A stretch of DNA of 35,600 bases from NCBI GenBank assembly GCA_024275665.1, contig JAJRYS010000012.1, forward strand, positions 1 through 35,600, written 5' to 3'. The notes under the pieces are model-generated. The model worked only from the letters and a program-made list of their open reading frames with translations, was not told where the DNA came from and did no database searches. The position numbers and the translations under genes were made by a program. Positions 16,470 through 24,208 of the stretch are shown piece after piece. The DNA comes from an archaeon (GTDB lineage: Archaea; B1Sed10-29; JAJRYS01). How positions within the stretch are numbered: the first letter of the stretch is position 1; every line of letters starts with the position of its first letter.

Positions 16470-18191
16470 ATGTGCGGCATAATAGGATACATAGGAGAAG
16501 AAAATGCTGTAGGAATAGTATTACAAGGGCTTAAGAACCTTGAATACCGCGGTTATGATTCTTACGGCATTGCATGGCAAGAAAAAGGGATAAGACTGTT
16601 TAAGAAGACTGGAACAATCAAAGAAGATGTAAATGCAAATTCAAGCATGGCAATAGGCCATACTCGGTGGGCTACTCATGGGAAAGTAAGCAGGGAAAAC
16701 GCTCATCCTCACACTGATTGTTCAGGGGAAATAGTGATAGTTCACAATGGCATAATAGAAAACTATAACGAGCTGAAAAAAGAATTAATGAGAAAAGGCC
16801 ATGTGTTCAAGAGTGATACTGATAGTGAAGTAATAGCACATTTAATAGAAGAAGGAATGAAAGAAGTAAGAGACCTTGAAAAAGCAGTAAGGAATACTTT
16901 CAGAAAGCTTGAAGGAAGCTATGCTGTTCTTGTTATAAGAGAAGGAGAGGAAAAGATAATAGGCGTGAGGAAGGATTCTCCACTTGTGATGGGTATTTCT
17001 GACAGCGGTTTGTTTGCTGCAAGCGACGCCCCAGCATTCTTACAACATACTAAGAGAGTAGCATGGTTATACAATAACGACATGATAATCCTTTCAAGGA
17101 ATGGTTTCAGAGTATTGGATTTGAACACTGGTAAGCAAGTAAACAGGGAAGTGGAGACAATTGATTGGAATGCGGAGCAAGCGAGCAAAGGAGAATTCAA
17201 GCACTTCATGCTCAAAGAAATACTGGAGCAAATAAGCGTTTTGAAGAAAACAGCAAGCAGGAAAGATGTTGGAAAAGCAGCTGAAATGATAAAAAAAGCG
17301 GGCAATGTAGTGCTCACTGGATGCGGCACCAGCTACCACGCTTGCCTCTCAGCAGAGTATTCTTTAGCAAGGGAAGGAGTAAATGCAAGGGCAGTGTTGT
17401 CATCAGAGATGATTAACTATTCTAACCTGATTAATGAAAAGACATTAGTAATAGCTGTTTCGCAAAGCGGGGAAACAGCAGACGTCCTTGAAGCAGTGAA
17501 AATAGCTAAAAAAAAGAAAGCAAGAATACTCTCCCTTGTTAATGTTAAAGGCTCTTCTCTTGAAAGAGAATCGCAGGAAACATTGCTGCTGAACGCTGGT
17601 CCTGAAATATGCGTGCTGTCAACAAAATCATATACTTCCCAAGTAGCCTTGCTGACAATGATTTCAGAAAGAATAGCAGGAAAGGAGAGTTTTCTTGAAA
17701 AAGCATGGAAAGAGTTGTATAATCTGACTTCTCTGTCATCCAGGAAGAGGATAAAAAAAATAGCGGAAAAAATGAAAGACGCTAAAAGTATTATTATAAT
17801 AGGAAGAAACCATCATTATGCTACTGCTCTTGAAGCAGGCTTGAAAATAAGAGAGGTTTCTTACATTCCAGCGTTTGCTTTTGCAGGAGGAGAATTGAAA
17901 CACGGAAACATCGCGTTAGTGGAAAAAGGAACTCCTTGCATTGTCTTCGGATGTGACAAAGACACTATTTCTAATGCTGTTGAAATGAAGACAAGAGGAG
18001 GATGGATAATAGGAATATCACCTCAATACAATGAAGCGTTCGACGACTGGATAAGAGTACCAGAAGCAGGAGAATATAACACGATAACCCACATAATACC
18101 AGCGCAGATACTCGCATACTATTTAGCCACGTTGAAAGGACTTGATCCTGACAAGCCAAGAAACCTTGCCAAAAGCGTTACAGTGAAGTAA
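16470..18191 (+). CDS. glmS: Glutamine--fructose-6-phosphate transaminase (isomerizing)
   Basis: MCGIIG, EYRGYDS, GHTRWATHG, HNGIIEN, SQSGETAD, GELKHG, PRNLAKSVTV; start set at the ATG before Cys. Confidence 0.97.
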   Translation: MCGIIGYIGEENAVGIVLQGLKNLEYRGYDSYGIAWQEKGIRLFKKTGTIKEDVNANSSMAIGHTRWATHGKVSRENAHPHTDCSGEIVIVHNGIIENYNELKKELMRKGHVFKSDTDSEVIAHLIEEGMKEVRDLEKAVRNTFRKLEGSYAVLVIREGEEKIIGVRKDSPLVMGISDSGLFAASDAPAFLQHTKRVAWLYNNDMIILSRNGFRVLDLNTGKQVNREVETIDWNAEQASKGEFKHFMLKEILEQISVLKKTASRKDVGKAAEMIKKAGNVVLTGCGTSYHACLSAEYSLAREGVNARAVLSSEMINYSNLINEKTLVIAVSQSGETADVLEAVKIAKKKKARILSLVNVKGSSLERESQETLLLNAGPEICVLSTKSYTSQVALLTMISERIAGKESFLEKAWKELYNLTSLSSRKRIKKIAEKMKDAKSIIIIGRNHHYATALEAGLKIREVSYIPAFAFAGGELKHGNIALVEKGTPCIVFGCDKDTISNAVEMKTRGGWIIGISPQYNEAFDDWIRVPEAGEYNTITHIIPAQILAYYLATLKGLDPDKPRNLAKSVTVK

Positions 18192-18228
18192 AAGAAATGT
18201 AAAAATAAAAAAAGAAGGAAAAAGGCTT

Positions 18229-18390
18229 TTAATACCTTCTTCTATTGTAGTTGTTCCTCTGTGGCCTGTGCTTCCTGTAACAGTCCCTGCAGTAAACAGG
18301 CCTGCCTTCTGTTGGTTCGAAAGGAACTTCGCATTCCTTGCCGCAGTCTGCGCAGACTGCTTTGTGCATTTCTCTGCTTTCAAAATACAT
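18229..18390 (-). CDS. CxxC-x17-CxxC zinc-finger protein (53 aa; the ORF track shows a different frame)
   Basis: Hand translation MYFESREMHKAVCADCGKECEVPFEPTEGRPVYCRDCYRKHRPQRNNYNRRRY. Confidence 0.9.
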   Translation of the reverse strand: MYFESREMHKAVCADCGKECEVPFEPTEGRPVYCRDCYRKHRPQRNNYNRRRY

Positions 18391-18412
18391 TCTTCTTTAC
18401 ACCTTTTATAAC

Positions 18413-18472
18413 CTAGTGAATTAGTAACTGCCCAAGAAATAGTAACTCCTTCCCGCGTTAACTAATTCCCAG
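18413..18472 (-). promoter_or_regulatory. Structured 5' leader of the CxxC-x17-CxxC gene
   Basis: GAATTAG(T)TAAC ... GTTACTAATTC long stem with G-U-rich inner helix; TTATAAA about 22 nt upstream. Confidence 0.5.
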
Positions 18473-18537
18473 CTCTTGTTAGGAACAATGGGGTTTATAA
18501 TGGTTTTCATCTGAAAAATAATAAGAGGTTGTTTTTC

Positions 18538-18780
18538 ATGTTCAGGAGAATGAAGAAAAAGAGGAAAGAAGATGACTTTTATTTTGACAGGAAAGACTAC
18601 GAATGCTTGTTGAGGGATACAAGGAGAAGGGGTTTGTCAATAGCAGAAGCAAGAATGGTTGTGTGGTTGATGAGGAACGGCAAGCTGTCGGTAGAAGATG
18701 TGCAAAGAATAGCTAATGCAGAGCCAAATAAGTTCATAAAATCCATCATTGAGAGGGGTGTTAAGAAGCTGAAGAAATGA
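18538..18780 (+). CDS. Hypothetical small basic protein
   Basis: About 80-aa ORF with coding-like bias, convergent with lig. Confidence 0.6.
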   Translation: MFRRMKKKRKEDDFYFDRKDYECLLRDTRRRGLSIAEARMVVWLMRNGKLSVEDVQRIANAEPNKFIKSIIERGVKKLKK

Positions 18781-18786
18781 AGAGCC

Positions 18787-20529
18787 TCATTCTTCTATCC
18801 TTGTCTTTTTTTGTTCTTCGTACATGCGGATTATTTCACGCACAGTGGTTGCTTCGTAAGGAGTCTTGTCTTCCCTCAGCCTTATCATGCGCGGAAAACG
18901 CAGAGCATAACCAACGCCGTCTTTCATTCCACAAGTGTGCATGGGGCTCTTCGTAATCTCGTCTGCGAGCACTTCTGCAACGTACTTCGGTTCAACCCAG
19001 TAGTCTGGTTTTACAAGGCTGTCAACATTCTTAGGCTTCTGCTTCACGCACACTTTGTCAAGTAGTTGTTTCAGTTCTTTCATTTGTTCTTCTGAGAACC
19101 CGCTTCCAACACGCGCGATGGTCTTGAACTCGTCAGCTTCGTCGTCGTAGACAGCAGTTAACAGTCCTCCGAATCCTAGCTTCGTCCTCATTCCCTTGCC
19201 AGCGTAATAACCTACTATGACCACGTCCACGGTGTCTCCTAATTCTCCTTTGTAGCTTCTCTTCATCTTAATCCAAGCGAACTTACGAGCGCCAGTAGTG
19301 TAAGGAGCGTTCAAATCCTTTGCTACTATTCCTTCAAGCCCCCTGCTTATAGCATCTTCGAAGAACTCTTTCAATTCTTCAGCGTTGTCTGTTATTATTT
19401 CTTCTGCGAGTTTCAAAGTCTCTCCTGGTTTTATGATTTTTTCAAGAATATTCCTTCTTTCCTTGAACGGCTTGTTCCTTACATCTTCTCCGTCAACGTA
19501 CAACACGTCGAATAAGAACACTTTCAAAGGATATTCTTTGGCTTTTTTCTCTATTCCATGCTTCCTCTTTCTTTGGATCGTTACTTGGAAGGGGAGAAAT
19601 TCTCCAGTAGCTTCGTTGTAACCAATGGCTTCTCCTTCTATTATTGTTTGTTTTGCTTTTACTTGTTCTCTCACTGCTTTGACTACTTCTGGGAACATGT
19701 GAGTCATTTCTTCTTCCCTGCGTGAGAATATCCTCACATCATCACCGTTCTTATGAATAGCAATGCGGAACCCGTCGTATTTGTGTTCTGCAGCGCACTT
19801 GCCAAGCTTTTTGATTATTTCTTCTGCTGTTGGAAGACGCTCGCACAAAGCAGGTCTTAATGGGACTCCCACTCTTACTCTTATGTTTTTCACTCCTTCA
19901 AGCCCTTTCTCATACAATGTCTTAGCAACGAGTCCGAGATCTGAGCAGACGTTGTAAGCTTCTTCAAGAACACTTCTCTGTGTCTTGTCACCAAGCACTG
20001 CAGTTGCAAGCGCGTCAAGAATCGTAGGATCCCCAACTCCAAGGGATAGTTTACCGAGGGGAATGCGGATAATGTACCTTGCTTCTAACGGTTTAGAATT
20101 GTTAAGCAGTTCTACCAGTGTTTTTATCTTCAAATCCTGTGACCTTGCCCCTGAAACAGTTGCCATCTTATAGAAAGCGTTGAACACGTGCTTTACTGTC
20201 AGGTCTTGTGAGAACAAAGACTTCTGCTTCTTCTTGCTTACAAATTTCTCAGCAACCAGCCCAAGGTCTCCAAGCTCGTGGTATTTTTTCTCAACTTCTT
20301 TGACAGGATAACCAGTGGCTTTGCTTATTGCTTGCTCTGCGAGCTTTTCGCCAATGCCTATTTCGATGTTTTTGAAAGCAGGAGCAACCCTCCCCTGTAA
20401 CAAGTACACTACTTTGTCAATGTCGCTTGCAGGAGTTTTCTTGAACAAGTCAGCAAGTATTGAAGTCATTTCAAGCCTTTTTGAAGTCTCTTCAAGTTTT
20501 CTGAACGTGTCAGCGACTTCTGCGAACAT
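18787..20529 (-). CDS. lig: ATP-dependent DNA ligase
   Basis: EHKYDGFR (motif I), EGE, FDVLY, EGIVAK, WIKMK, LRFPR. Confidence 0.97.
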   Translation of the reverse strand: MFAEVADTFRKLEETSKRLEMTSILADLFKKTPASDIDKVVYLLQGRVAPAFKNIEIGIGEKLAEQAISKATGYPVKEVEKKYHELGDLGLVAEKFVSKKKQKSLFSQDLTVKHVFNAFYKMATVSGARSQDLKIKTLVELLNNSKPLEARYIIRIPLGKLSLGVGDPTILDALATAVLGDKTQRSVLEEAYNVCSDLGLVAKTLYEKGLEGVKNIRVRVGVPLRPALCERLPTAEEIIKKLGKCAAEHKYDGFRIAIHKNGDDVRIFSRREEEMTHMFPEVVKAVREQVKAKQTIIEGEAIGYNEATGEFLPFQVTIQRKRKHGIEKKAKEYPLKVFLFDVLYVDGEDVRNKPFKERRNILEKIIKPGETLKLAEEIITDNAEELKEFFEDAISRGLEGIVAKDLNAPYTTGARKFAWIKMKRSYKGELGDTVDVVIVGYYAGKGMRTKLGFGGLLTAVYDDEADEFKTIARVGSGFSEEQMKELKQLLDKVCVKQKPKNVDSLVKPDYWVEPKYVAEVLADEITKSPMHTCGMKDGVGYALRFPRMIRLREDKTPYEATTVREIIRMYEEQKKTRIEE

Positions 20530-22253
20530 CACCTTAGAAAGCCTCCTCTTACCATCTTCTTCCTACGAAGCCGTGGTATTAATAAGTTCTTCTCTTGCTT
20601 TAGTTTTACAAGTGCTTTTAACAAGAACACGAAGCCAAGAGCAGCCATTAATGCTACGAGCACTGTTACTATTATGCTTGTTGAAAGGCTTACTACGAAC
20701 AGCAGTACTGATGCTGTGAAACTGAACAAGGAGAAGAGAAGGTCTGTTACTTCTTCCCTCATTGCCTCAAGTTCTGTTCCTTTCAACGTTCTCACTGCCA
20801 CATCCATCATCATCAACCGTGTCTGTTTTGCTATTGAAAGAGCAATAGGAAGAGCTAGCAAGACAGCTGTCCCAATAATTATGAAAGAATTGTCAATGCC
20901 TGGAATGACAGTGGCTTTGACTTCAATATTAGCGTACAATGCAAGATACAACACGCTTATCACTGCGAACACATTCACTCCTATGGCCTTTAGTCTTTTC
21001 ATAAAAGCATTTTGCAACGCTCTGCTGTGGAAGATATTCTGGAAAAAAGCCTGGTTTAAGTCTATTACGATGCTTGTTTTGTCTTTTATTTTTCCTGGAA
21101 CAATTCTTGAAAGCAAATGAGTTATCCTTTCACTGTTGTTGTATAAAGGAGCGACGAGCATCGTGCTAGTGATTGTCAGGAAAATAGCACTGCTTAGAAT
21201 CAAACTAGCATGGGGAGTGCTAAGCACTACTGCAAACCCTGCTATTATAAGCGAAAACTCTCCGATTGAAGCCATTACTGCTGACACTCTCATGCTTTCA
21301 TTCTCCCTTAACCCCACTATTGCTCCTGCAAAAGCAAAAGAAATAGTCTGAGCAACCAGCCTTACCAAAAGCAATACTATTCCCATGATTATTGCGATAA
21401 TGCTCAATGACTGGAACTTCAGTCCTATGCTCACGAAGAAGAAAGCAGCGAAGAACTCTCTGAAAGACTCAAGTTCTTTTTTAACTTGTTCAGAGTGCTT
21501 CAATTCTGACAACAGCAAGCCGCCTAAGAAAGCTCCAATGGCAAGGGGGAGTTTGAAGAAAGAAGCAAGCCAAGCAAAACCCAAAGCAATTCCAAGCACG
21601 TATAACGCGACATGGCTTTCTGATGAGATGTTCTCAATGAATTCAACAAACTTCCTTGGAACCCAGCTTACTACAAGAAGAGATACTGTGACAAAAAACA
21701 AGCTGTTCAAAACCACTGTGTTGAAAGAACCCTGAGAACCGTAAGCAGCGAACAATCCAAGAGCAGCTACTGCTACGAAGTCCTCTATCAATAACATTGG
21801 AATGCTTATCCTTGCTTCCAAGCTGTTGCTCATCTTGTTATCAAGCAAGTGCTTGCTTACGATGGCAGTGCTGCTGAAAGTTAGTATAAGACCTATCATG
21901 AGGGCTTCTTCTCCTGATAAACCAAACAATCCAGCTGTGAGAAAACCAGCTGAAAAACACAAGACCATTTTCACAGGAGATATTAGGAAAGCAGCAAGCC
22001 CTCCTTGCTTGAATTTCCTAGCGTCAAGCTCTAACCCTATAAAGAACAACAGCATTATTATTCCGAGTTCTGAGAACAGTTCAATTGTTTCGTTCTGAGT
22101 TACTAATCCTAACAAACCTGGCCCGAGTATGACTCCTCCAAGCAAGTAGCCTACTATCTCAGGCTGCCCGAGCTTTCTGAAAAAAGCCCCTAAAAGCATT
22201 GACAAGAACAATGTCAAGCCAATTTCAAGAATAACGCTCTCAACAAAGACCAT
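20529..22253 (-). CDS. Cation:proton antiporter (CPA2/Kef type) with C-terminal membrane extension
   Basis: GYLLGGVILGP, ELGIIMLLFFIGLE, SSTAIV, LLIEDF, FFVSIG, IGEFS. Confidence 0.9.
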   Translation of the reverse strand: MVFVESVILEIGLTLFLSMLLGAFFRKLGQPEIVGYLLGGVILGPGLLGLVTQNETIELFSELGIIMLLFFIGLELDARKFKQGGLAAFLISPVKMVLCFSAGFLTAGLFGLSGEEALMIGLILTFSSTAIVSKHLLDNKMSNSLEARISIPMLLIEDFVAVAALGLFAAYGSQGSFNTVVLNSLFFVTVSLLVVSWVPRKFVEFIENISSESHVALYVLGIALGFAWLASFFKLPLAIGAFLGGLLLSELKHSEQVKKELESFREFFAAFFFVSIGLKFQSLSIIAIIMGIVLLLVRLVAQTISFAFAGAIVGLRENESMRVSAVMASIGEFSLIIAGFAVVLSTPHASLILSSAIFLTITSTMLVAPLYNNSERITHLLSRIVPGKIKDKTSIVIDLNQAFFQNIFHSRALQNAFMKRLKAIGVNVFAVISVLYLALYANIEVKATVIPGIDNSFIIIGTAVLLALPIALSIAKQTRLMMMDVAVRTLKGTELEAMREEVTDLLFSLFSFTASVLLFVVSLSTSIIVTVLVALMAALGFVFLLKALVKLKQEKNLLIPRLRRKKMVRGGFLR

Positions 22254-22335
22254 AAGCTTATTAATACGAGTTAATCATATAAAAATAAGCCACGACAATG
22301 TTTCAAAAAACAATTGAAAAAGGAGGTAGTCAAGA

Positions 22336-22611
22336 ATGGCAGATGAAAACTCAGTGTACATTGGAAAGAAAGGAGTAATGAGCTACGTCTTAGCAGTAGT
22401 AACACAGTTCAACTCAGGAGCAAAAGAAGTAGTAGTAAAAGCAAGAGGAAAAAGCATTTCAAGAGCAGTGGACGTAGCAGAAATAGTCAAGAACAAGTTC
22501 CTCAACGACGTCAAAGTAAAAGACATCCAGATAATGACAGAAGAACTCCAGAACAAAGAAGGAACCTCTTCAAACGTCTCAGCAATCGCAATCACTTTGG
22601 CAAAAGAGTGA
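22336..22611 (+). CDS. albA: DNA/RNA-binding protein Alba
   Basis: [31 protein letters not shown]; AGGAGG RBS. Confidence 0.97.
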   Translation: MADENSVYIGKKGVMSYVLAVVTQFNSGAKEVVVKARGKSISRAVDVAEIVKNKFLNDVKVKDIQIMTEELQNKEGTSSNVSAIAITLAKE

Positions 22612-22671
22612 GTAATGCATTAGCATTACGAATTCCGGGAAGAGTGAGGATAAAAAATCCAGTGAAACCTC

Positions 22672-22709
22672 TTTTTCTCTTTTTGTTTTTGTTATTTGTT
22701 TTTTGTTTT
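22672..22709 (+). terminator. Oligo-T terminator after albA
   Basis: Long T-rich run between convergent genes. Confidence 0.5.
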
Positions 22710-22716
22710 CATGTTC

Positions 22717-22971
22717 TTAGTAAGCTTTATCATGATGGTCAAGGGATATTAAAAGAACAGTTTCATCTTCTATTTTGAAGATTAGAACAAAACTGCCGAA
22801 ATGAATCCTGTGATACCCTGCTAACACATTTTTTAAGGGTTTGAATCTTCTAGGGTTTTCCACTATTTCAATAATCTTTTTCTTAATTCTTTCAAATAAC
22901 TTCTTGTCTTTTTTCTTAAGTTTTTTCATAGATTTCTCAAATTGTTTGCTGAAGATGACCTCATAAGCCAC
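22717..22971 (-). CDS. RelE/StbE/YafQ-family mRNA interferase toxin
   Basis: FSKQFEKSMKKL, FKPLKNVLAGYHRIHFGSFVLIF, terminal DHHDKAY. Confidence 0.85.
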   Translation of the reverse strand: MAYEVIFSKQFEKSMKKLKKKDKKLFERIKKKIIEIVENPRRFKPLKNVLAGYHRIHFGSFVLIFKIEDETVLLISLDHHDKAY

Positions 22972-22981
22972 TGAGATCCTC

Positions 22982-23215
22982 TCATAATTTTTTCAAATAG
23001 CTAACTGCTTGTTTTTGAGTCATCCTCTTACCATGCTTGCGCATTTCTTCTTCAATCTTCTTGTACCTGTCGATTTTCTCTAGGATTATCTTTCTTCTTA
23101 TCACATCAAGAATGAATTCTTGCACACTTTTGTAACCATATTCTTCTGAATATTGTTTTGACTCTTTGTAAAGAACTTCTGGGATTACTAAACTTATTTG
23201 CTTTGTTTTAACCAT
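22982..23215 (-). CDS. RHH-like antitoxin
   Basis: QISLVIPEVL...GYKSVQEFILDVIRR, directly upstream of the toxin. Confidence 0.75.
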   Translation of the reverse strand: MVKTKQISLVIPEVLYKESKQYSEEYGYKSVQEFILDVIRRKIILEKIDRYKKIEEEMRKHGKRMTQKQAVSYLKKL

Positions 23216-23343
23216 GAAAACCACCACATTATTTTCGTACTTTTAAGTATTTAAAAGTATTTATTATTGCAGTTTTTTGCAACATTATTTTACAAAGCAA
23301 TCTTTTAAAAACACTTTTCTTTATTAAAGAACGTTGAAGAGTG

Positions 23344-24138
23344 ATGATCATGGTTAGAAGGAGTTATGTCCGGGCAGTAGGAGGAGCAAGAAAAGAAAAA
23401 GAAGTCATTGAAAGAATAGTAACCCCAGAAGGAGTTCTGTATAAGGTTAATGGGGAAGAAGTGCTGTTAGAGCGTGATACTCCTAAGGGGAAGAACATAG
23501 TAGTAGTTGGAAACCCTCGTGCTAAGAAAATAGAACAAGCAGCAAGAAGATATTATGAAGGAATGATAACTCCTGTAATGCAGGAAATAATGAAAGCTCC
23601 TCCTGAGAAAAAGCTTAAGTTATTAGAACAAGCAAGAAGAGAGATGAAAAAATTCAACCCTGATTTGCTTTTCATAGAGAAAGAAGAAGGAGGAATAGAA
23701 CCATTAGGAGACCCTGTTCTTGAAAAGAAAACACAACTCGGCTTGAACAGGGGGATTAAAGACGTGAAAGAAGAGTTCTTTGAATGGTTGGAAAAACAGG
23801 AAGAAAAAGCAAGGAGAGAACTGCAAAAGCAGAAGAAAAAGAAAAGACCAAGTAAGAGTAAGAAAGGACCAAGACAAGTGAAGAAGCCAAAATCAAGGAC
23901 AAAGCAGGTTGTTCGAGAGCTTGCCCCACAGGAGTCATTCGAAGAAAGACTAAGACAGAAGCTTGAAGAGGAAAAAAGACAGAAGATGAGCAGAGAGTTC
24001 GCTGACTACATCGCCAAGAACAGTATAATGCGCGACGAGATTGCAAGAGCTTTTGACTTGAAGAACTCAAAGCCAAGCACAGTAGCCAGGTTTTTGCAAA
24101 GCGAAGAATTCCAAGGCAAGATCCTGAGAAGGTATTAG
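23344..24138 (+). CDS. Hypothetical charged protein, possibly extending past TAG to 24204
   Basis: Long ORF with K/E/R bias, no recognised domain. Confidence 0.75.
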   Translation: MIMVRRSYVRAVGGARKEKEVIERIVTPEGVLYKVNGEEVLLERDTPKGKNIVVVGNPRAKKIEQAARRYYEGMITPVMQEIMKAPPEKKLKLLEQARREMKKFNPDLLFIEKEEGGIEPLGDPVLEKKTQLGLNRGIKDVKEEFFEWLEKQEEKARRELQKQKKKKRPSKSKKGPRQVKKPKSRTKQVVRELAPQESFEERLRQKLEEEKRQKMSREFADYIAKNSIMRDEIARAFDLKNSKPSTVARFLQSEEFQGKILRRY

Positions 24139-24208
24139 GAACTCAGCAAGGGAACGAGAAGGTTCCTCAGGGACTTGCAGAAAATGGAAAAAGGAGATGC
24201 ATGAACCC

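Noticed and set aside
18123-18383. 86-aa ORF in the track
   Set aside because: Wrong frame; the overlapping 18229-18390 frame encodes a recognisable CxxC-x17-CxxC protein
24136-24138. Genome-wide amber recoding
   Set aside because: TAG terminates well-defined genes in the window and no conserved gene has an internal TAG
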